A program made the translations under genes and the position numbers. This document shows, piece by piece, positions 1-15,390 of a DNA stretch of 64,000 nt. Source of the DNA: Vermamoeba vermiformis (taxonomy: Eukaryota). The stretch spans positions 1-64,000 of the forward strand of contig JBEWZL010000030.1 of the NCBI GenBank assembly GCA_045837725.1, given 5' to 3'. The notes below the pieces were generated by a model. The model made no database searches, was not told the origin of the DNA, and saw only the letters and a program-made list of their open reading frames with translations. Within the stretch, counting starts at the first letter, position 1. Every line of letters begins with the position of its first letter.

Positions 1-16
1 ATCGGACGATCCCTTC

Positions 17-530
17 AGCTGCGTGGCTCGCACCGTCCAAATTCCAGACGCTTTCTCAGCGTGGCTCGCACTATCCCCTCTGCCCTCAGTGCGCCACCAT
101 CCAGTTGTTGGATGGTTCCCTCTGTGCCATGCCTCAGCTCGACACCGTCCAGTTATTGGACGCTTGGCTGGCACCGTCCAAGACTTGGACGCTTTATCGG
201 ACTGTCCCCTCAATGTGTGGCTTGCACTGTCCGGTCTTGGACACTTGGCCAAACCGTCCAAATTCTGGACGCTTTTTTCAGCGTGGCTCGCACCGTTCCC
301 TCTGCTCTCAGTGCCACCGTCCAGTTATTGGACGGTTCCCTTGGTGCCATGCCTCAGCTCAGTGTGGCTCACACCGTCCAGAACCTGGACGCTTGGCTGG
401 TGCTGCATGGCTTGGTGAGTACATTGCACCATCCAAGACTTGGATGCTTTGTTGGTGGCTTGCACTGTCCAGGACCTGTGCAACTTCTTGGCTGGAGCTC
501 ACACTTAGTACTGCTAAGGTCCTGGACACG
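17..530. repeat. Palindromic repeat block A (GTCCA-N5-TGGAC hairpins in a ~220-bp higher-order repeat)
   Basis: About 10 copies, e.g. cgtccagttattggacg (146), cgtccaagacttggacg (175), cgtccaaattctggacg (255). Segment 52-140 recurs at ~276-360. Confidence 0.85.
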
Positions 531-588
531 TTTGCAATTGTAAAATAAAGTTTTGTTTTTAAAAATAGCTCCTTTATTGGGTTTGTGA

Positions 589-868
589 GGGTGTACAGCG
601 TGCCGTACGGGGGGTGCGAGGGGGTGTACAGCGTGCTGTACGGGGGTGCGAGGGGGTGTACAGCGTGCCGTACGGGGGTGTACAGCGTGCTGTACGGGGG
701 TGTACACTGAAGTGTATGGGTGTGAAGGGGCATACACCAAAGTGTACACTAGTGTGAAGGGTGTACAGCATGCTGTATGGGGGTGTACACCAAAGTGTAT
801 GGGTGCGAGGGGGTGTACAGCGTGCCGTACGGGGGTGCGAGGGGGCGTACAGCGTGCTGTATGGGGGG
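589..868. repeat. Tandem minisatellite B (~22-32 bp units, core GTACAGCGTGCTGTAC near-palindrome)
   Basis: Repeated gggggtgtacagcgtg(c/t)... units such as ggggtgtacagcgtgctgtacgggggtgcga; the degenerate middle copies show CG>TG/CA changes. Confidence 0.9.
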
Positions 869-879
869 AAAAATCCTAG

Positions 880-1675
880 CCCCAGCCCTAAATCCTATAA
901 AATCCCACATAGAAGTGATTTTCAGGCAATACTTCTTTGGTGGCGATGCGTCGAAGTCCAACATTGCAAGCCACAGGTGGGGATTTGCCTTGATCACCTT
1001 GACCAAGACTTGTGGCTGTGACTTAGCCACTTTCTGCTGATCGGGGCCATACATGCTGCCACGGAACACCAATATGTTGCGCTATTGGTCAGGCTCAATG
1101 TACCAGGTGCCACCCTCAGTTCCGGTGCTTCGCACGTCGTCGCTCCACTTGTTCATGCCTGCAGCATTGCCAGTTGGGGCGTTGGGTATTTCAGCGTCGA
1201 CCAACGCACGGGCACTACCTTGGCCTGCATTTGCGCCTGCCAGCAGCTTTGCCTCGGCCTCTGCCATCGCTCTCTCGGCCTGGGTGTCGGTGATTCCGTC
1301 ATCCTCGATGCGGACTTGGTCGTCTCCACTCTCAGAAGAAGACTCGTCCGCCCCTTCGTCGACGTGGAACTTGTCGGGTGTGGCAAGCTGGGCTTTGGGA
1401 GCAATGGGTACTGGCGCTGCCTTTGCACGGCCTGGGCTAATGGGCTTCGGCAGGCGCAATGTCATATTGCCCTTGGGAGAGGACTTCTTGGGACCTTGGT
1501 TCGTAGCGCCTTGGCCCTTGGGGCTAACGTTGGTGTTGTTGCCTGCGCCCTTGGCCGGGGGTGCTGACTTGGGGCTGGGAGTTCCGGCTGCGGCTAGTTG
1601 ATCGAGCTCGCTGGCGGACATTTGACGGGGGGCGTTGAAGTTTCGGTTGTTGTTGTTATTACTGTTACAAAGCAA
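880..1675 (-). pseudogene. Low-complexity ORF interrupted by one in-frame TAG
   Basis: ORF 1675-1082 ends EPDQ-TAG and the same frame continues RNILVFRGSMYGPDQQKVAK (ORF 749..1072) until it runs into repeat B. No recognisable domain. Confidence 0.45.
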
Positions 1676-1710
1676 ACATTAGCATTGAGCATTTACACCT
1701 TGAAGCTAAC

Positions 1711-2030
1711 ATCCCGATTGACTGCGGATCGGGGTGACCCAGGCCCTTCCTGATTCGCTGCGGATCGGGGTGGATCCAGACCCTTCCTGATTCGCTGCGG
1801 ATCGGGGTGGACCCAGGCCCTTCCTGATTCGCTGCGGATCGGGGTGACCCAGGCCCTTCCTGATTCGCTGCGGATCGGGGTGGATCCAGACCCTTCCTGA
1901 TTCGCTGCAGATCGGGTTGGACCCAGGCCCTTCCTGATTCGCCGCGGATCGGGATGGACCCAGCCCCTTCCTGATTCGCCGCGGATCGGGATGGACCAGA
2001 CCCTTCCTGATTCGCCGCGGATCGGGGTGA
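1711..2030. repeat. Tandem minisatellite C (36-37 bp, ~9 copies)
   Basis: Unit cccttcctgattcgctgcggatcggggtggatccaga with an internal imperfect hairpin CCTGATTCG-nnn-CGGATCGGG. Dispersed degenerate copies extend to ~2350. Confidence 0.92.
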
Positions 2031-2559
2031 AAATGAAATTTCGCCCGAAATTTCAGGGCACGTGGCTTACCTTGCCATATTTGGGCACTGCGACTTGTTG
2101 TGCTCTGTGTTATGAAGTAATTAAAAATGACTAAGATTCGGTTTCTCGATTCTCTCAAAATTGCCTCCCTGCCTCCCTTCTAAAGGAGGCTTTTTATTTT
2201 TCGCCTCGCCTGGATTCGAACCCGTGCCTTTCAAGGTTTTACAGGAGTTGGCACTATTTCCTGATTCGGACTCTGTCAGGAGCCCAGTGGGCCTGGTATC
2301 CTGATTCGCAACGGATCGGGATTTTTCTTCCTGATTGGTGCCCAATCGGGATGTTTTCAAATTTTGACCAAAGCCATTACCTTTTTTCTGCGTTTTTCAT
2401 GAAATTTACTGGCTTTTTATTTTTACATTGTTTTTGCTGGAAAATACAAGTTTTTAAATATTGCCCTTTTTCGACAAAAACACCTATTCCTATATCCCTA
2501 ACTCCTAGGAAACAGTAATATGTCAGTATTAAATCACCTGTAAACTTGAATTAGAATCT

Positions 2560-3400
2560 CTTCTTGAGTCAGGAAAGGATTATCTCACTGAAGCTTTAAT
2601 CTTTCCCCTCTCTGACTCAGGAAGGGATTTTCCCTCTCTGATTCAGGAAGGGATGCTTAATTTTGAATAACACTTAAAATTTACTGTTCCCTTCCCTATC
2701 TGCAAATATTATACTTACAACATCTTTGCAGATTTTCCTTTTACTGGGTAGCACCTGGGCTGTTTTCTTGTTGTCAAGCGTGGTGTTGTGTTTGTGGGGG
2801 TGAGTAAAATGAAATTTTTTTGTTTCCAAACAGTACTATTGAATTGCCTCCCTTTTTATTTAGGGAGGATATTTTTTCCCTCCCTGACTCAGAGAGGGAA
2901 AGTTTTCTGCAAATTTTAATGTTGCTTCTTGAGTTGAAAATCCTTTACTGCTAAGCAGTTTGTCTTGGGGAATTGGGGGGGAAACCCCCCCACACCCCCC
3001 AGCAACATTTTTTTCCTTTCATAGCCCAGGATGTTTTGATCTGCGCTGCATTTCCTGATAAAATTTGTCCAAATTCGAGTCTCTAGAACATTTTCAATGA
3101 TTGGAGACATTGGGGGGGAAACCCCCCCACACCCCCCAGCAGCATTTTTTCTCATTTTTTCTTTGCTTTTGCCTTGCCGAAACCCCTTCCATCTCTGATT
3201 TTGTCCTGTTTTCGCTGGATTTCCTGCTGTTTTTGTCTGATTTTCCCTCAATTTTGGAATTTTTGCCTCAATTTCCTTCATTTTTCCCTTTGTTCTTTCA
3301 AAATCCCTTCCTTGCTCAGGCAGGGATTGCCTAGTAGGAAGGGATTTTCATCACTCCCTGTCTTTCATATTGAATTCCCTTCTTGAGCCAAAGAAGGATT
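2560..3400. repeat. Dispersed palindromic repeat D (CYTGANTCAGG core with CCCT/AGGG flanks)
   Basis: cttgagtcaggaaagg (2563), ctctgactcaggaaggg (2610), ctctgattcaggaaggg (2636), ccctgactcagagaggg (2883), ccttgctcaggcaggg (3310), cttgagccaaag (3383). Confidence 0.6.
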
Positions 3401-3435
3401 GTCTTTCGAAAACAGCTTTCACAACCCTAACCCCG

Positions 3436-3915
3436 ATGTTTTTTGATATTTCTCATATAAATCGCAACGTCAGAGCCAAGACGCGAGTTCTAGATCGAGC
3501 ACGAAGTAGCTCGCTCGATGACCAGTGCTGAATAAAGAGTAAGTAGTTTATTTCTTTTATCTCATTATTGTTTAATATTCTAACGCATCTTATTTAGGTT
3601 TTACAAATTCACGGTGACTGATCACGAACGCGATCTTCCCGCGTTGGCAGATCTATTACATTGACAATAGTGGATCGGTAAGTATTCATAAGCGTTAGAT
3701 ATTGATCAATACTAACCTGTTATATGCTTAGAAATAGATAACGCAAGCCTACACAAAAATAAACGCGCTCTGAAAGTCCATGCTCGATCCGCTTCAACTT
3801 TTGATTGAGCACATGGATCACACCAGCGGTAAGTTCAATGCGTTTAAAAGAACTAATATAAGCCAATACTAACACTAATTCTTTATTTAGGACTTAGACG
3901 GACGAGGTCATTGTG
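3436..3915 (+). pseudogene. Spliced degenerate gene with three in-frame TGA codons
   Basis: ATG 3436; introns 3539-3597, 3678-3737 and 3829-3890 (gtaagt...ctaac...ag) keep one frame; TGA at 3529, 3615 and 3771. Confidence 0.5.
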
Positions 3916-4444
3916 AGTTAGTTTCTGCTCCACGGCAATTCGTATGTTTTGAACCAGCGGATTTCGAGGGCTGAACAAACCAGCGTCTTCGGATACCGGC
4001 TCCTTCTCTTCCTTTGGCTTCTCCGTATTAACGTTCGTGGATCTTCTACTGGCTTCCTCAGACAGATCGGCAACAGGATTTTATCTACCTCTGCTAATGT
4101 GCGTTAGATTACCGTTCATGATTTATTTTCATCCCGAGCGAGTCTCGCCTGGGATGACTAACTGAAAGTTAAGTTTATTCACTTTAGGATGAATGATTAT
4201 TTTAATATCATCCTTAACGAGTCTCGCTCGGGATGAATTCTTTAAAAAATCTATGGTAAACATAAATCAATTTCAACATAGAGATTGTGTAATCCATCCC
4301 AGGCAAGTCTCGCTCGGGATGACTTCGGAAATAAATTTCGATAAAATTTTACTTACCGTGAGCTTATCCCGGGGGTCCTTGCTGTAGGCGTCGAGGAGCT
4401 TCGGGTTTGGCGACCAGAGGGGTACCTTTGGAATTATTGCTCAT
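3885..4444 (-). pseudogene. Probable degenerate two-exon gene whose intron holds three repeat-E palindromes
   Basis: ATG 4444 MSNNSKGTPLVAKPEAPRRLQQGPPG-TAA-AH, then gtaagt donor at 4356; ctaac/ag acceptor near 4090; coding-like sequence follows (TEKPKEEKEPVSED) but the frame is not cleanly recoverable. Confidence 0.35.
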
Positions 4445-4987
4445 TTTTGATATAAAAAAAACAAAGTTACGGTGTTGAGTTGTGGTGGTGTGTGTGGTAA
4501 GTGAAAGTAAAATGAAAAAAAAAACCGAACAGAAATTTTATAGATTTTCCTCCCTTGCTAATTTTGGGAGGCAATTTCAAATTCTGGCGTAAAATTACAG
4601 TTTTCGCACCCCGTACCTTTCAATTTCCATCCCGAGCGAGTCTCGCTTGGGATGAGAGGAGCAGCTGGGTTTTAAGGATTGAATTGTTGAAAATTCTATT
4701 ATTATGCACCTTAAGTTATTGGATTCTATCCCAAGCGAGTCTCGCCAGGGATGCAACTAATAATTTATGAGTCAGGTTAGAGGATTAATTAATTTCTATC
4801 CCAGACGAGTCTCGCTTGGGATGTCTCGCATTATTTTTAAATACCAACAAGAACGGTTATGGTTCATCCTTAGCGAGTCTCGCTCAGGATGAAAAAATGT
4901 TGAATGGATGACTTATCAGGGGGCTCCGCCCCCTGCACCCCCCTTCTTTTTTCTTTTTCCCATCCTGAGCGAGTCTCGCTCGGGATC
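4130..4987 (+). repeat. Array of eight 27-bp palindromes (CATCCCGAGCGAG-T-CTCGCTCGGGATG) with unique spacers
   Basis: Copies start at 4130, 4209, 4295, 4628, 4727, 4797, 4865 and 4961. Spacers are 52, 59, 306, 72, 43, 41 and 69 bp. Confidence 0.92.
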
Positions 4988-5263
4988 AATAATGGACCCT
5001 CCCGTATTTAGTATAATATCAATGTTTATTAGTGATAGGAATTGTATCCCTAATGCCTAACATCAGTCATTTAGGTCATATTAAATTCTCTTTTTTGTTT
5101 ACCCTTTTATAATACAACAAAGAAAAAAATCAGTAACACTGTCCATTTGACAAATGTTTTGTAACAAATAGCAATTGTTTATTTATTATTGTGTAGTAAT
5201 AAAAATAGAAGATTATTAATTTCATTTTGGTGCTGTTGTCGATTCGATGATTCTCACATATTA

Positions 5264-5760
5264 TTATTTATTTGTATTATTGTTATTTTGGTTAGCACTG
5301 GTTAACAAGTTGGTTATGATTGGTGAAGGAGACACAAAAGAAGCCCCATGAGTGGGTGCCATTGTTTGCAATTTGATATGGCATTTGGGTAACTTGATTT
5401 GCCGGTGAGGTATCCGTACTTGCAGAGCAGGCATTATTATCTTGGGAGACACTGGTGGAGGTTTCTTTGTTGGTTTCTTCATTGATCAATTGGACTTGGA
5501 CTCTGTACTGACCTCTTCAATTTCAAATGCTTCTGTTTTTGCCTTCTTTTTGTTCAGTTTACACTTTGGTTTCAAAAATTGTTGTGCTTTTGGCTTGATG
5601 GTGTCAGGCTCGAGTTTCCTCTTGTTTGAAATAGCACTATACCAGCTAAAGGCAAGCAAAGGCAGGCTTTCCTGTTATTGTTTGTGTTGCAGAGCAAGTT
5701 TGACGTCTGAACTCTGGTTAAGGTAAATTTGTTTGGGGTGGCACATGCTGCAAGTTTTTT
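5264..5760 (-). pseudogene. CpG-depleted coding-like remnant
   Basis: Fragments such as KRKLEPDTIKPKAQQFLKPKCKLNKKKAKTEAFEIEEV and ETNKETSTSVSQDNN broken by stops and frameshifts; very few CpG. Confidence 0.3.
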
Positions 5761-5808
5761 TGTACAGAATTTATGGCACAGATCAACTGTTCAGTTGAAA
5801 CACAGGAA

Positions 5809-10664
<4,856 letters not shown>

Positions 10665-11353
10665 CGCGCTGCTATTAAATGGAACTCGTTGCGGAAGTTG
10701 GTTATTTGTGTGGTTTCATTTGACGACATGACAGCTAAAAAGTCAGGAATCTTTCTTCCCGTTCCGCTATTTCACCGAACCTTGTTGCTTGGCAACGTTG
10801 CGCGTTTCCATTTTCGGTCTGGTTGCTCTTCCGCGACGAACTTAAAATTTTTGGAAACGTTTGTTTTGTTTTTTTTTTTTTTATTTTTTCAGCACCCTTT
10901 GCACGTTGTGTTTCGGATGCAACAAGTTGCATGTTCGCAGTTGCTGCTTCTGTATACACTTGCCCGGTACGACAAAATAGGTGGAGCACTCGATCTGGCA
11001 CCGTATATCTAGGGTAATCAAATCTCTTGCAACGTAATTAATTTTTTTAATTAACATAATTTTAAAATTACGGGTGGCAATAATAAAACGGAAAAAATTC
11101 ATTTAATCACTCTGCCGAGTTTTAGAATTAATACCTGGAGCCACCGCGCCAAAATAATTGGATGCGAATCCTGCGCCAAACGCGATCCATGAAGGCAATT
11201 GATTTTGATCTTAGCTCCTGTATTGCGACTACCTGGAGCCCAGGTTGTTAGGTTATAGATTTTATAAAAATGGCGACTGCACGTGTGTTTTATAAAAGTG
11301 GCGACGCTGTTAAAAGAGGAAATAATGCGATTCATTAATTATATACACGAATT

Positions 11354-13525
11354 TTACACTGCTGACGCGGCAGAGGCGCCTTTTGTGCTAGCAGTTCCTT
11401 GCATCGGCACGCTACCAGTCTTGTCGCTCGTGGACACGGTGCCAGAAGTCGAGTGATCTTTGGCCGTCAAGTTCTTGAACAGCGTTATTTCTGCCGCGAA
11501 TGTTGTCATGCAGAAGAACTGGATCATGCCGAGAATAACTGCGTGCCAATCAAGGTAGAGATCGTACGCTGGGGTAAGTACGAGTGCTGACACTGCCACG
11601 AATAGAATGATTGAAATGCCTGCGACGAGCAACATTTTGACCAACTGCAACATGTTAGCCGAAGGAGCCTTTCATTGAACTAACGCCAGACTTACTCTTC
11701 TCGGGTACCTCTTCTTGTTCGAAACGACGTTGATTTTAGCGCTAGATTTACGAAGCAAATAAATCAAGCGGCTGCCCATCACGACGAAGTACACGCCACA
11801 AGCCTGAAAAATACGTTCAGTCGCGCAAAATCATTTGATGCGCGAATACTTACCGCTGCAATAATGATAATCACTACGAGAATGTACTGAGTGGCTGAGC
11901 CGAATAACAGACCCGATAAAATGTATAATAGCAACATCACCTGCACGAGTTAGATACAAATCTAGCCGCATTTCATAATAGCTACGTACCAAAAAGAATA
12001 CTAGCAGGCCAATAAACAACTTTCGATTCCACAACTGATTTTTCTTCTTGTAAAAGATCAGTCCAGACCAGTAGAATGCCACGAGTACTGTCGAGAATGT
12101 CATCATCGCAGGGCCAAATGAATAGACCGCCACATAGGCAGCATCGGGCACTGATCGAATAAACACGTGTGACATGGCTACGATTGGTGCTGCCACCGTC
12201 GCTATAACAAAAAATCAGCATACAAACTCTTTCCTCGAAAGAATAAAGCAACGTTATTCGTTCAAATTCGACTGACTTACCACAACTGCCAGTCACTTGC
12301 AGCCCCAAACACATTTGAGCGATGGAGAATTGAGGGCCGTAAAACCGCACGTATGTGATGAGCTTCCAAAGACCATAACCAAGAACAGCGAGTGCCACCG
12401 CCAATAATAGCACTTGAAATATGATCCAGCCTGGTCTGTGGACCATATCGGCGTAAGCATTTGGATCTGCAGCTAAAATTAGATCCCAAGGCAATCACAG
12501 TATCATTCGTAACCAACCTCCTGAAGTTACTCGCACTATTACTGTTTCATTCGTTGCTAAGATTTCTTTCAACTTTGCGTACATCTATGGAACAGATCTG
12601 TTCAGCAAAAAGCGGAATAAATGAGACAGCACTCGAACACTTACAGTTTCGTTCATGACCACGCCACCAATAGTAAACGGTTCGTCAATTACTTCAGACC
12701 ACGAATAAGTAATTAGATCATTAATACCGTAATCGCCAGTGAATATTATTGCCTAAAAAGGAATTACGCAATTGAGCGGATGCGGAGCGAACAGGAAATA
12801 TCGGTGCTTACTTTAGCGTTCATAGCTTGAGCAGACAACAATGATACTTGAGGAAAGCAGTAATCTGAGTCGTATTCTATGATAATGATTTTGTCTTTGT
12901 ACTGGGCCGGATCTCCTTCTAAATCACATCCATATATCGGCTGAGCCTTAATTATCTCTCCCTGAACATCGAATGGCGCCAGAGCATATTGCATGTGTGC
13001 TGTAGGAGCGAACGTCGTGTTATAGTATTCTGAGGGCGAGAGAATGGTAACCGACGCAAAGCAAACCTTGAGAAGTATAATAAAATGGTTAGTCAATGAA
13101 GCTCGGGTTATTATACGAATGTACAAAAATTGGCTTTAATTAATGGTTATCAAAGTAACGATAAATCGCTCGATAACTTGTTATTAAAGTTTGATTTAGC
13201 TGTTAATCGTAGATGTCATGTTATTACTAAAATAGTTTTACACGTAGAGCCATCGGTATCGGTAAACTCGAATATTTGGATTTTCGGGTGCGGATCGAAA
13301 TTAAAAAATTTGACTTTAAAAAATAAGGAGCTTATAACTCGTTATTTATCACTACTTGGATAGGTAAATATATAATATATGGTTGATTACGGAAATCAAG
13401 CCGGTATGACATTCGCATCCACGTTGTGATTTTAGAGCGGGAACTGCTCCCATTTAGCTGCACACACTTACCTGAAATATTGATAGAGTCAAGACTATAC
13501 GAACAGATATACTCTTTCCGATCAT
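11354..13525 (-). CDS. Signal peptide + protease-associated (PA) domain + multipass (about 7 TM) membrane protein
   Basis: Exon 1 MIGKSISVRIVLTLSIFQ splices to VCFASVTILSP. PA-like QGEIIKAQPIYGC..YKDKIIII..C...AQAMNAK; hydrophobic helices in the 12494-11354 exons; Ser/Thr-rich tail. Confidence 0.7.
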
Positions 13526-13778
13526 CTTTGGACGTTGATTCAATACTCGTGCGAAGGATCCTCTTCTTGTCCTCGAGGCGAGCCTACAAATAAACGGCCA
13601 AAATATTTGTATAGCCTAATGAATGCTATAGATCTGGTATCTATCCGACGAAAATAGAGAAACAATCGAAGAATTTTTTACAGGCGCCAAAATGTCCTGT
13701 TCACCTGCTGCCGAAAAATTTAAAACTATTAACAAACATTTATATAACGCAATAATGACTGTATCGCAACACGATCCA

Positions 13779-15390
13779 CTATTTCCATCCTAAATAGTCG
13801 AAGATGAAATCAATAATGGCCGAAAAAGTCGAAAAATCGTTCTCTGCCAACCAGCTGGATGCTCCGCTCGGAACTTTAGCTGCCGATAACAGAGCTTGAA
13901 GAGCTACTCTAGTAGCATCAACCAATGCTCCTTGAATTTCATAAGCAGCTCGTTCACGTAGCGTAAGGGCTTTGTGCCAATTAACATTAACGATATTTTG
14001 CATCCATCCCTTAAAAACGAGCCCTACAAGTGTATTAATATCGTCGTATAATTTTTTAGTAATTCTTTACCTGGTAAGCTGTAAATATAAATATTTTCAG
14101 AGTTTAAAACTTGATGGGCGTAGCGCAGATCGCGATCCAGCGCAGCGAAGTCAGGATACTGAGTGGGGACTGTAGCATTCAATGGATCACCTCCAGCAGT
14201 TCCCACGGCTGTATTATTTTTTAGAAACCATAATTAGTATTGAAAGAATAAACGCTAAAAATAGCGACATTTGACACGCGTGTCAATTTGTGATCTGCTA
14301 CTTACCCACTGATTTCAGACCTCTGCCATAAGACTTTAAGAATCCAAGGCCTAATGGCAAACCACTCGTATAAAGAAGAGGAATCTCGTCGTCGACAGCG
14401 GTTACATCTACTAAACCAAACAGTAACTCCAACAATTGACTGTTGGCACGTCGCTCGTCATAAATAAACGGAAAGATGTAACTCTCCACTCGGAAGCCAT
14501 CAGAGCGAATTTGATTCGCAAGGGCTGTGTACTAAGAAGGAAAGTAATTCGTTAGTACTGTGGATCCAAATTCAACGAACAGCACTCCATTAGCTAAACT
14601 TGAAGAACACTTACAACAGCTTTAGCATCATTTAACTGTTGCGGATTGATCAATCGATTAGTAGCGGCGGTGATAAATGGCGTCAGATCACCTTGGGCCA
14701 ATGGAGCCACCTCTCTGAAATCTACTTCCAAATCGAGTCCCACTGCATCCCACTTCAAGCCGTATTGCTGAGTCCAGGATTTGAACTGTCAAAACGTGTC
14801 AGAAACAAAGATCAGATCTGATCCACCATTAATGTTGCAATTTACGTACCTGATTATAAGCCGCAACAAATTGAGGAGCGTTGTTAATGTTCGCCCAATA
14901 GCCTTGCGAGTAATCGACGGCTAACCAAGCAGTAGCAGTAATATTGTTTTGGTTCAATAGGCGGATGTAGTTGGCGCGATCAGCAGAAAAATCTCTGATA
15001 GTAACACTAAGATACTGGGATTAGTACAAGTAAACGCGCTTTGAAGCCAAGATATCTTTCTTGTCAATGAAATGATTTGTGCTAAATATGGCTCGAGAGA
15101 TCTTATTGATTACTACGTCAAATGTCAGCACGTGTATCAGCCATTAAATATCTTAGAAGGAGAGATAACTGATTATTTTATACCTGACAGTGGCATTTAA
15201 GGTAATCAGCGCATCAATAACGGCTTGATCTGAGATAAGTGGAATGTTGACTGGATCCACCTCGCAAAAGAAAGTCAACTTCGGTGGCACTCTTCGCCGC
15301 GATGAAGATGGTAGTGCCTTGAGAAGCAACAACGGATTGGACGACCGCTGAAAATAAGACGGCACAAATCAGCACTTGTGTGGCTTTCAT
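13779..15390 (-). CDS. Secreted bacterial-like hypothetical protein, probable TIM-barrel glycoside-hydrolase fold (one +1 frameshift near 15318)
   Basis: Signal MKATQVLICAVLFSAVVQS. Spliced motifs LTFFCE, AWLAVDYSQGYWAN, WDAVGLDLE, DGFRVESYIFPFIYDERRA, AVGTAGG, NIYIYSLPG. Confidence 0.65.

Noticed and set aside
23-2158. Overlapping ORFs in repeat blocks A, B and C
   Set aside because: The translations just echo GC-rich repeat units that lack stops; no domain signal.
3425-3434. CCCTAACCCC telomere-like motif
   Set aside because: A single unit, expected by chance.
4130-4987. True CRISPR array
   Set aside because: Eukaryotic context, no cas genes, degenerate repeats and irregular spacers (41-306 bp). 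Kept as a palindromic repeat array.
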